A program made the translations under genes and the position numbers. A stretch of DNA of 64,000 nt. Source: Phycisphaerales bacterium (GTDB lineage: Bacteria > Planctomycetota > Phycisphaerae > UBA1845). Below are positions 56,287 through 64,000 of the stretch, piece after piece (positions within the stretch are counted from its first letter, which is position 1; each line of letters opens with the position of its first letter). The stretch covers positions 17,364 to 81,363 of the forward strand of contig JACKHG010000011.1 of NCBI GenBank assembly GCA_020639115.1, read 5' to 3'. The notes beneath the pieces were generated by a model. It searched no databases. It saw only the letters and a program-made list of their open reading frames with translations, and was not told the DNA's origin.

Positions 56287-56621
56287 GGCGCGTCCCCTCG
56301 ATTCAGCTCATCGACCACCGTTGCATTGTCTCGGCACCGCTACCGCATGCGCAACCCTGGGATCCACACCCACGCTGCAAACTGCCTTGCGCTATCCGAT
56401 AAGAATGGTCGGCGCTGCGTGAATTATGTCGATCGTTCGTCTGCGGGTGAGGGATTCACCCCAGGTCAACACACTCTCATCATCGGTCGTTCACCCACCG
56501 GGGTTGATCCGTTCATCGGCAATTGTCGCGTCACATTCCGGGCTCAATGCCCAACAGAACCGATCATCCCCCCCTTCAGTTAAATCTCTACTTCAGCTCC
56601 GCGGCGTTCCACGATCAGGGG

Positions 56622-57089
56622 TCACTTCTTTCCGGCCGCTCGCTGGCGACGAAAGAACGCACGCAGAATCGCGGCACACTCGTCCGCACAAACGCCCATC
56701 ATCAGTTCGACCTGGTGATTGGTCCGAACATCCGTGGTGATGGTGAACAGTGAGCCGCAGGCGCCGAACTTCGGGTCGTCCACGCCGTAGACCACGCGAG
56801 CAACGCGGGCCAGAACGATGGCACCAGCGCACATCGGACAGGGTTCGAGCGTAACGTACAATGTGCAGCCAGTCAGACGCCAGTCGCCGATGAAGGCGGC
56901 GGCTGCGGTGATGGCGAGCATCTCGGCGTGGGCCGTAGGGTCAGCCAGAGTCTCGCGCTGGTTGTGGCCACGCCCGATAATACGGCCCTCACGCACGACA
57001 ACGGCGCCGACCGGCACCTCGTCGCACTCGTCGGCCCTGCGGGCCTCGTCCAGCGCCGCTTCCATGAATCGCGTGTGTTCGTCGACCAT
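56622..57089 (-). CDS. tadA: tRNA-specific adenosine deaminase
   Basis: This is the in-frame part of track ORF 56622..57356, starting at the ATG at 57089. The zinc motifs HAEMLAI and PCPMCAGA are present. Confidence 0.9.
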   Translation of the reverse strand: MVDEHTRFMEAALDEARRADECDEVPVGAVVVREGRIIGRGHNQRETLADPTAHAEMLAITAAAAFIGDWRLTGCTLYVTLEPCPMCAGAIVLARVARVVYGVDDPKFGACGSLFTITTDVRTNHQVELMMGVCADECAAILRAFFRRQRAAGKK

Positions 57090-57150
57090 GGAGGTAATTG
57101 TATCGCCTGCCGCCCTCCGCCGATAACTCGGGCAGAAACGCGTTTCTGGA

Positions 57151-59631
57151 GTGTACTGGCAGGTGAAGATTCCCCGCGCACGCAGCGCATGGTTTGCAGC
57201 CGGTCTGGCGCTGCTGGCGGCTGCGCTGGCAGGCTGCAACCCCGCATCATCCACCGACGCCCAGGTTCTCGAGTTGGTCGCACCGGGACTGGTTGACAGC
57301 AACGCGGTGGAGCTGGCCGCCGGAGCATCCGTCGAGATCCGCTGGACGCCCGGCAATCCCGATTTTCCGGTCTGGCTCGTCTACCGCGATCGCACGTCCC
57401 TGAGCGAGGAAGTCATCCTGACGGATGCAATGGGCGGGACCACGACCTGGGTCGTACCCACGACGCTCTCCACGGTGACCGCGTACGAGATTCGCGAATA
57501 CGATCCGCAGGACGGCACGCTCCTCGCGCTGAGCCCGCCGCTGCAGGTAACCGGGGCGGATGCCACCTCGACGGGGCTACCTGCGGGCTCCGCGTGCACC
57601 AGCGATGCCGAGTGCGACGACAGCCTGTACTGCACCGGTGTCGAAACGTGCGCCGGCGGTTTCTGCTCGAACGGCGTGGCGCCCTGCGCGTCCGGACTCT
57701 GCGATGAAGCGACGGACGCCTGCCTGCCCACGCCGTGCGCCACGGACGACAATTGCGCAGCCGACGAGGCCTGCGCGGACCACGTCTGCATCGCGCTCAA
57801 TCCCGGCTCCAACGGTCTGGCCGGCTACGCGTTCTATGCGGACAGCGGCGACGCGGTGGATTTCGGGCAAACCCTGACCGTCGGTGACGCGCTGAATCTG
57901 CAGGCGCCGCAGGCCGCGGTCGCGACGGCGCGCATTCTGGACGGCGCGTGCTCGTGCGGCTGGTCGATTCAGCCGCCGGGTGCGGGGACTTTTTCGGCGG
58001 CGAACGCGTGCTCTACGGGCTTCACGCTGGCTTCCTCGAACGCCTTCGAGCTGATCGTCGACACGTACTGTGCGGGCAACGCGCTGCGCTACGTGCAGGC
58101 CGGCATCGCAGCCGATCCACCGCCGGCGACGCCCAGCATGGAAGTGCTGGCGGAGGAGACGGTGGCGCCGTACGTCGTGCGGTTCACGCTGCGTCTCAAG
58201 GACACCAGCGGCGCGGTGATACCCGACGGCGTGTCCGTGGACGATTTCCAGATCGTGGAAAACGGTACGTCGGTGGACTTCAGTGAAACGAACCGGTTCG
58301 TCGTGCCCGGCGCCAACCTGCCGCTGCGGATCGTGCTGGTGCTGGACTACACGTCATCGATGGCTGCTTCCGGCGCGATTGGCACGATGATTGCCTCCGC
58401 GGCGGAGCTGGTGCAAGCCGACCACTTCACCGCCACCCACCAGTTCGGCGTAGTGGAATTTCATGATCGCACGCCGGAGGGCGAAGGGTATCGTCTGGTC
58501 GTTCCGCTGACGGCTGCCGATGCGGCGGGCAAAACTGCGCTCGTCGCCGGCCTCCCCCGTGCCGCGGAACTGGAGGGCGGTCTGAGCCGGGTGTGGGACG
58601 CAGTCAATCTCGCGTTGACGACGCTGGGTGCCGTCGAGCGCCAGGCGGACGAGGTGCAGGCGGTGGTGTTCCTGACCGACGGGCGCGACACAACGTCGGA
58701 CGCGGCCCCGGCTGCCCTGATCGATACGGCGACCGCCGGCGGCGTGGCGCTCTACCCGATCGGCTTCGGAGATGTTGCCGACACAGAAGCCCTGCTGCGG
58801 AACATGGCGACCTCGACCGGAGGCACGTACTTCGCAGCCGCGGATGCCGACGCGCTGCGCGCCGTGTTCGCGCGGATAGCAGCCGACCTGCGCGGCCAGT
58901 GGAATCTCAGCTATGTGACGCCGCGCAACTCGGGCAGCGTCAAGGTGGATCTGACATTCAACTGGCAGGGACGCTCGGCGAACTACGCAACGAGCTTCGA
59001 CGCCGGGTCACTCACCGGTGACATCCACCAGGGCCGGATCACGGTGCTCGACCGCAGCTACAACCCCTACACGGACCGCACGAGCTTCGTGCTGCATGCG
59101 CTCTACATTCCGCGCAACATCGACCGGTTCCGGTTCGTATTCGCCCACAGCGATGCGCAGTTCGCGCTGCAGGCGGAGGGGGGACTGACGCCGACGGCGG
59201 ACGGCTGGTCGCTGACGCCGACGGGCTCCGGCGGCTACCTGCTGCTCAATCCCACGCCGTTGGAATACGGTGCGTTCGGGAACATCGGCACGGTTACTGT
59301 GCCGGGCGAGGTGGCGACGCTGCAGGTCGTACACGACGATACGCTGTACGACACGGCCCCGCAGCCCAAGTCCTTCGTATTCGAAGGGGACCTGTGGACG
59401 GCGCCGTACACGCTGGCGGTGCAGACCACGCCGGAGGGTTTGGGGCAAGTGCTGGTCTCGCCCGCAAAGGACGGGTACGGCGCGGGAGAAACGGTGACGC
59501 TGACGGCGATCGCAGCCGCCGGCGCGTCGTTCAAGCAGTGGACCGGCAACGCCACCGGGACGACGCTCACCGTCGACGTGGTGATGGACGACGACAAGTC
59601 GGTGGTGGCGGAATTCGCGGTGACACCGTGA
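57151..59631 (+). CDS. Large secreted lipoprotein with a Cys-rich region, a von Willebrand factor A domain and a C-terminal InlB-B-repeat-like domain
   Basis: Lipobox LAGC. MIDAS-type [10 protein letters not shown]...TDG. C-terminal [29 protein letters not shown]. The start is GTG at 57151 or GTG at 57163. Confidence 0.75.
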   Translation: MYWQVKIPRARSAWFAAGLALLAAALAGCNPASSTDAQVLELVAPGLVDSNAVELAAGASVEIRWTPGNPDFPVWLVYRDRTSLSEEVILTDAMGGTTTWVVPTTLSTVTAYEIREYDPQDGTLLALSPPLQVTGADATSTGLPAGSACTSDAECDDSLYCTGVETCAGGFCSNGVAPCASGLCDEATDACLPTPCATDDNCAADEACADHVCIALNPGSNGLAGYAFYADSGDAVDFGQTLTVGDALNLQAPQAAVATARILDGACSCGWSIQPPGAGTFSAANACSTGFTLASSNAFELIVDTYCAGNALRYVQAGIAADPPPATPSMEVLAEETVAPYVVRFTLRLKDTSGAVIPDGVSVDDFQIVENGTSVDFSETNRFVVPGANLPLRIVLVLDYTSSMAASGAIGTMIASAAELVQADHFTATHQFGVVEFHDRTPEGEGYRLVVPLTAADAAGKTALVAGLPRAAELEGGLSRVWDAVNLALTTLGAVERQADEVQAVVFLTDGRDTTSDAAPAALIDTATAGGVALYPIGFGDVADTEALLRNMATSTGGTYFAAADADALRAVFARIAADLRGQWNLSYVTPRNSGSVKVDLTFNWQGRSANYATSFDAGSLTGDIHQGRITVLDRSYNPYTDRTSFVLHALYIPRNIDRFRFVFAHSDAQFALQAEGGLTPTADGWSLTPTGSGGYLLLNPTPLEYGAFGNIGTVTVPGEVATLQVVHDDTLYDTAPQPKSFVFEGDLWTAPYTLAVQTTPEGLGQVLVSPAKDGYGAGETVTLTAIAAAGASFKQWTGNATGTTLTVDVVMDDDKSVVAEFAVTP

Positions 59632-59669
59632 GTCGCGGGGCCGCACAGCCCGTCGCAACACGCTATCGT

Positions 59670-60308
59670 TCACCGGCCTTGTTCAACCGGCATTTCGGCA
59701 AATCCCGCGATGTGCGGTCCAAACACGGGGACCGGCGCGTCGAACGCCTCCAGATCGACCTTGGCGAACCCGGCTGACTGGATGAGCGTGCCCGTTTCCC
59801 GGGCGGGTGAGCAACCGTCGCCGACGAAGCGCCAGACGGGCGCCGTGCGTTCCTGCCAGCGTCGCGTGCGCGAGCCGGCGGGGGCTGCGACGTGCTCCAT
59901 GAACACGAACCGCCCGCCGGGGCGCAGGACGCGGCGGATCTCCGCGAGCGCCCGGTCCGCGTCGGACACGCTGCAGAGCACCAGCGTGGCGATCACGGCG
60001 TCAAAGCTGCCATTGGGAAATTCAAGTCGACGCACGTCTCCGCCGCGCAGGTCGACAGCCACACCGTGCCGCTCGGCAACGGCCCGAGCGTGGCGTTCCA
60101 TGTACGGATTGGCCTCGATGCCCGTATAGCGGATGCCCTGCGGTAGGTACGGCAGGTTGGCGCCGGCGCCGTAACCGACCTCGAGCACGTCGCCCGCGAG
60201 TCCGGCGAAGAGTGCGGGCTTGCGCCGATCGATAAAGCGCCGGTAGCGCTTGCCGCAGTGCCGCATGCCGCAGGCAAAAAGCCGCTGATGGAGGCGGCAA
60301 AACGCCAT
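59670..60308 (-). CDS. Class I SAM-dependent methyltransferase
   Basis: Motif I is VLEVGYGAGAN. The post-I acidic residue and LRPGGRFVFMEH are also present. Confidence 0.75.
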   Translation of the reverse strand: MAFCRLHQRLFACGMRHCGKRYRRFIDRRKPALFAGLAGDVLEVGYGAGANLPYLPQGIRYTGIEANPYMERHARAVAERHGVAVDLRGGDVRRLEFPNGSFDAVIATLVLCSVSDADRALAEIRRVLRPGGRFVFMEHVAAPAGSRTRRWQERTAPVWRFVGDGCSPARETGTLIQSAGFAKVDLEAFDAPVPVFGPHIAGFAEMPVEQGR

Positions 60309-60317
60309 GGCCGCAGG

Positions 60318-62120
60318 CTACTTCTTCTTCGCCTTCACCTCGGGGCGCAGGTCGATGCCCAGCTCCTCGAGCTGCGCGGGCGACACCTCGCCCGGGGCGT
60401 TGGTCAGCGGGCAGACGGCGCGCTGCGTCTTCGGGAAGGCGATGACGTCGCGCAGCGACGAGCACTTCGCGAGCATCATGACCCAGCGGTCGAAGCCCAT
60501 GGCGATGCCGCCGTGGGGCGGAGCGCCGAAGCGCAGGGCGTCCATGAGGAACTGAAACTTCTCGTGGGCCTCCTCGTCCTTGATGCCCAGCAGGCGGAAG
60601 ACCTTGGCCTGGATCTCGCGCTGGTGGATACGGATGCTGCCGCCGGCCATCTCGATGCCGTTCAGCGTCAGGTCGTAGGCCTTGGCGAGCACCTTGCCCG
60701 GTTCGGTGTCGAGCAGGTGCACGTCCTCGTCGCGCGGCGCGGTGAACGGGTGGTGGAGGCTGACGTAGCGCTTTTCGGCCTCGTCGTACTCGAACATGGG
60801 GAAGTCGACGACCCAGAGCAGGTTCCACTCATCCTCGGGAATCAGGTTGAGGATTTCGCCAAGCCGGGTGCGCACGTGGTGCAGGTACTTGCAGACGTCG
60901 GCGTACTTGCCGGGCATGAAGAAGATCGCGTCGCCCACCATGGCTCCGCTCGCGGCGAGCAGTTCGGCGCAGTGCGGCTGGAGGAATTTGGCCACGCCGG
61001 TGGACAGCTCGGGGGCTCCGTTCGCGCCCGCGATCACCTTGGTGACGGGCAGGCCGCCGCCGCCGATGCCCTTGATCTCGTCGGTCAGGCCGTCGGTGGT
61101 CTTGCGGGTGAGGTCGGCTCCGCCGGGCACGACCAGGCAGCGGACCACGCCACCGGCGGCCAGTGCGTCGCGGAAGATGCTGAAATCGGTCTTGCCCGCC
61201 AGTTCGGTGAGATCCTTGATTTCCAAGCCAAAGCGCAGGTCGGGGCGGTCGATGCCGAAGCGGTCCATTGCCTCCCGGTAGGTCATGCGCGGAAAGGGCC
61301 GCTTCACTTCGACGCCGATGCCCTCGGCGAACATTTTCTGGGTGGCGCCCTCGACGACCTCGAGCACGTCGTCCACCTGCACGAAGGCCATCTCGAGGTC
61401 GACCTGGGTGAATTCCGGCTGGCGGTCGGCGCGGAGGTCCTCGTCGCGGAAGCAGCGGACGATCTGGCAGTAGCGGTCGAAGCCGGCCATCATGAAGAGC
61501 TGCTTGTAGAGCTGCGGCGACTGGGGCAGGGCGAAGAACTTGCCGGGGTAGACGCGCGACGGCACCAGGTAGTCGCGGGCGCCTTCCGGCGTGCTCTTGC
61601 CCAGCACGGGGGTTTCGATCTCGATGAAGCCGGCGCTGTCGAAGTAGTCGCGGGCGGCCTTGGCCAGGCGATGCCGCAGGCGGAGGATCTTCTGCATCTT
61701 CGGGCGGCGCAGATCGACGACGCGGTACTTGAGGCGGGCGTCCTCGCCGGCCTCGTTGTCGTCGTCCACCTCGAAGGGCGGCGTGTCGGCCTTGGCGAGG
61801 ATGTCCAGCTCGTGCCCTTCGACCTCGATCTCGCCCGTGGGCAGCTTGGGATTAATGTTTTCCCCGCGCAGGGCGACGTTGCCGCGGACCGCGATGACGT
61901 CCTCGCGGCGGATCGTGCCGGCCAGCTTGTGGGCTACGGGGTCGGTCTGCGGATTGAACTTCACCTGGGTGATGCCGGTATAGTCGCGGATATCGATGAA
62001 GGCCATCCCCCCGAGGTCGCGGTAGTTCTGGGCCCACCCGACCAGGATGACTTCCTGGCCGGCGTGCTGGGTGCGCAGCTCCCCGTTCTTGTGGGTACGC
62101 CGGTTGTACGCTATGGGCAC
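60318..62120 (-). CDS. aspS: Aspartate--tRNA ligase
   Basis: Track ORF 60318..62327. GTG at 62120 lies behind AGGAGA. The OB-fold N-terminus and class II motifs (FRDEDLRADRQPEFTQVD, GGGSIR-like GGSIRIH, PPHGGIAMGFDR) are present. Confidence 0.9.
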   Translation of the reverse strand: MPIAYNRRTHKNGELRTQHAGQEVILVGWAQNYRDLGGMAFIDIRDYTGITQVKFNPQTDPVAHKLAGTIRREDVIAVRGNVALRGENINPKLPTGEIEVEGHELDILAKADTPPFEVDDDNEAGEDARLKYRVVDLRRPKMQKILRLRHRLAKAARDYFDSAGFIEIETPVLGKSTPEGARDYLVPSRVYPGKFFALPQSPQLYKQLFMMAGFDRYCQIVRCFRDEDLRADRQPEFTQVDLEMAFVQVDDVLEVVEGATQKMFAEGIGVEVKRPFPRMTYREAMDRFGIDRPDLRFGLEIKDLTELAGKTDFSIFRDALAAGGVVRCLVVPGGADLTRKTTDGLTDEIKGIGGGGLPVTKVIAGANGAPELSTGVAKFLQPHCAELLAASGAMVGDAIFFMPGKYADVCKYLHHVRTRLGEILNLIPEDEWNLLWVVDFPMFEYDEAEKRYVSLHHPFTAPRDEDVHLLDTEPGKVLAKAYDLTLNGIEMAGGSIRIHQREIQAKVFRLLGIKDEEAHEKFQFLMDALRFGAPPHGGIAMGFDRWVMMLAKCSSLRDVIAFPKTQRAVCPLTNAPGEVSPAQLEELGIDLRPEVKAKKK

Positions 62121-62319
62121 GGTGCATCTCCTGTGTGCTGATTCCAACCCGTCGAGCCGCGTAGTTGTAAGTTTTATCGGGGAAAGTTGCAATCGCCGCA
62201 GCGCCAGGCGGTTGACCGGTGCCCCCCGCGCGCAGGAAGATACGCCTTGGCGGCGGGCAGGCGGGCACCGCGATTTATCGGCCCTGCACAGCCCTCCGCG
62301 GCGTTTGGGAACCCGGGGC

Positions 62320-62988
62320 ATGACCACGCGTCCAAAAAACCGAGGGCGAGACGGACGGGACGGATCAGCCGCCGGCGTCGAGGCGCCAGCGGCATCCGCT
62401 CGGTTGGCGGACGCGCTGCTTGTCCGGCGCGTGCAGACCGGGGACCCGCACGCCTACACGGAACTGGTCCGCAAGTACCAGGATCGCGTGTACAGCGCCT
62501 GCCTGCGGATCTGCGGGTGTGCGGAAGACGCGGCTGACCTGACCCAGGACGCGTTTCTGAAGGCGTTCGGGGCGATCGATGGGTTTCGCGGCGCGAGCGC
62601 GTTCTACACGTGGATTTTTCGCATCGCCGTGAACCTCTCGATCTCGCACCAGCGCAAGCGGCAGCACCGAGCGACCCTGTCGCTGGACGGCGATACGGAG
62701 AGGCGGCTGTCCGGCGGACGGCGCGAGCCCGCTGCCCCACCGTCCGACCCAGCCGCCGGGCTGGAGGCGGATGAGACGCGGGCGCAGGTCGCGGCGGCGC
62801 TGGCGACGCTGGATGCGGAGCACCGCGCAGCCGTGGTGCTGCGCGACGTGGAGGGCTGCGACTACCAGGAGATCGCGGACATACTGGAAGTGCCCATCGG
62901 AACGGTGAAGTCGCGGATCTTCCGGGGGCGCATGGCGCTGCGTGCCCAGCTCGAAGGGGCGGGCACGGCGCCGGCGAAGCGACGATGA
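62320..62988 (+). CDS. ECF-type RNA polymerase sigma-70 factor
   Basis: This is the in-frame part of track ORF 62047..62988, starting at the ATG at 62320. Region 2 is DLTQDAFLKAF...FYTWIFRIAVN. Region 4 is YQEIADILEVPIGTVKSRIFRGR. Confidence 0.85.
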   Translation: MTTRPKNRGRDGRDGSAAGVEAPAASARLADALLVRRVQTGDPHAYTELVRKYQDRVYSACLRICGCAEDAADLTQDAFLKAFGAIDGFRGASAFYTWIFRIAVNLSISHQRKRQHRATLSLDGDTERRLSGGRREPAAPPSDPAAGLEADETRAQVAAALATLDAEHRAAVVLRDVEGCDYQEIADILEVPIGTVKSRIFRGRMALRAQLEGAGTAPAKRR

Positions 62989-63644
62989 ACGCGGACGCGA
63001 ACAACGAGATCGGCGAACTGCTCAGCGCGTACCTCGACGGTGAGGTGACGGAGGCGGAGCGCGCCCGCGTCGAGCAGTTGCTCGCTTCGGACGCCGAGGC
63101 TCGCGCGCTGTACGCCGCGCTGCAGGAGATGGCGGGCGCGGTTCGCAACCTGCCGACCGCCCAGGCGCCGGCGGAAGTGCTGAGCACGGTGACGACGCGG
63201 CTCGAGCGCGAGACGCTGCTGGCGGGGGCGGATCCCGAGGTGACGCTGGCGCGGCACCGGCGGCCGCCGGTGCGCGCGACGCTGGCGATCGCGGCGCTGC
63301 TTGCGGTGGTGATCGGCGGCGGGCTGTACGTCTCGCTGCAACTGAGCGAAGCGCCGCGGCACGAGACGCAACTCGCCGCGAAGGACGCTTCCCCGGAACC
63401 TGCAGCTCCCTTTGCGGAACCCACTGAACTCCGCACGCAGTCGAAGATGCGTACGCGTTCACTGGAGGCGGCAGGCAAGAAGCAGACGCCCAGCCGAAAG
63501 TCCATCACCGACGGGGAGCACAGGCTGGAGGCCACAGCCCCCCAGACGGAGCGCAAGCTGACCGCGCCAGCGGCGCGCGAAAGCGCCACGGACCGCGATG
63601 AAGCGGACGCGTTCGCAGGGGCCACTGCGACGCGCCCTGTCTGA
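62985..63644 (+). CDS. Anti-sigma factor (single-pass membrane)
   Basis: The ATG overlaps the sigma gene stop. LSAYLDGEVTEAERARVEQLL is the typical anti-sigma N-terminus. The TM segment is ATLAIAALLAVVIGGGLYV. Confidence 0.7.
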   Translation: MNADANNEIGELLSAYLDGEVTEAERARVEQLLASDAEARALYAALQEMAGAVRNLPTAQAPAEVLSTVTTRLERETLLAGADPEVTLARHRRPPVRATLAIAALLAVVIGGGLYVSLQLSEAPRHETQLAAKDASPEPAAPFAEPTELRTQSKMRTRSLEAAGKKQTPSRKSITDGEHRLEATAPQTERKLTAPAARESATDRDEADAFAGATATRPV

Positions 63645-64000
63645 CCTGGGTATTTCCACATCGACGCCCGAGTTCAACAGCGACGCAACCGCTCCGGATG
63701 CTCCGGACGCGGAAGAGGCGCTGGCGGCCCTGGCCGAAGAGCGCCCGAGCCGACCGGACGGTGATGCTCTGGCGGCGGGCGTGGGCGCACCGGCGTCCCC
63801 GCAGCAGGATGCGGCGGCGCGCGCGCCGCTTGCACCGGCGGTTGTTGGGGACCGCACGTTCGAGCAGCGGCTGGCCGCGGGTGAGTCATGGCCGGCGCTG
63901 GAAGCGCACCCCTTTGGCAGCGAGCCGGTGCGGCTGGTGGTCCGCTTCCGGGCGCCAGCGAGCGCGGAGCGTTTCAACCGCAGGGTCGAGCAGATGCTCG
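63598..64000 (+). CDS. Hypothetical ORF open to the window end. It may be a continuation of the anti-sigma factor in another frame.
   Basis: Absent from the track because there is no stop in the window. The ATG at 63598 is in frame with LGISTSTPEFNSDATAPDAPDAEEALAALAEE...VRLVVRFRAPASAERF, which has coding-like composition. Confidence 0.35.
   Translation, partial: MKRTRSQGPLRRALSDLGISTSTPEFNSDATAPDAPDAEEALAALAEERPSRPDGDALAAGVGAPASPQQDAAARAPLAPAVVGDRTFEQRLAAGESWPALEAHPFGSEPVRLVVRFRAPASAERFNRRVEQML

Noticed and set aside
56287-56621. 335-nt lower-GC spacer between tadA and the CheX-like gene, considered as a possible SRP RNA or other ncRNA because tadA neighbours the SRP RNA gene in some bacteria
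   Set aside because: I found no SRP domain IV-like motif or extended helix. There is only one 6-bp hairpin (gggtga-gggat-tcaccc), and the track ORFs here look non-coding. A promoter or leader for the downstream gene is a sufficient explanation.
60258-63661. ORFs 60258..62141 (+, 627 aa) and 62174..63661 (-, 495 aa)
   Set aside because: These are antisense shadows of aspS and of the ECF sigma/anti-sigma pair respectively.

Overview
High-GC bacterial chromosomal segment with about 60 protein-coding genes. I saw no rRNA, tRNA, CRISPR array, transposase or integrase. The gene content suggests a Planctomycetota-like organism, which is inference only: orphan prepilin-type N-terminal methylation proteins, a PPi-type phosphofructokinase, a BlaI/BlaR1 pair, an ECF sigma/anti-sigma pair and a dockerin-tailed secreted glycosidase. 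Most of the window is housekeeping: rarD, gdh, pfp, rsmJ, dinG, yhhQ, a his operon (hisG-D-B-HAD-H-F-A/IE), truD, tadA, aspS, transporters and a partner-switching pair. The long Arg/Ala/Pro/Gly-rich ORFs in the six-frame track that overlap these genes are treated as high-GC shadow ORFs. Five things stand out. (1) Six membrane proteins share one C-x2-C-G-Y-x-L-x-G...C-P-E-C-G zinc-ribbon module. Three of them flank an M48-type metallopeptidase on the same strand, and one of these is translationally coupled to it (16.5-21.6 kb). This is my best candidate for an undescribed system. (2) C-free short tandem repeats of period 7 or 8 begin exactly at the stop codons of four genes, each on that gene's coding strand. 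A related array lies 25 nt past a fifth gene. (3) A contiguous tract of about 4 kb (about 29.34-33.4 kb) is riddled with frame changes in two unrelated genes, the normally essential ispG and a roughly 1100-aa fused N6-adenine methyltransferase/restriction-type gene. All flanking genes are intact. This is either a low-quality or gap-filled assembly patch or real decay. (4) A small islet, by-eye lower in GC and without an integrase, holds that R-M remnant plus an intact DUF1778/GNAT toxin-antitoxin pair with a textbook promoter-operator. (5) The his operon is unusual: a TrpR/YerC-like gene upstream, a divergent HisB, an embedded stand-alone HAD hydrolase, a HisA-HisI-HisE fusion and no hisC. All functional calls rest on motif recognition by eye, with no database searches.
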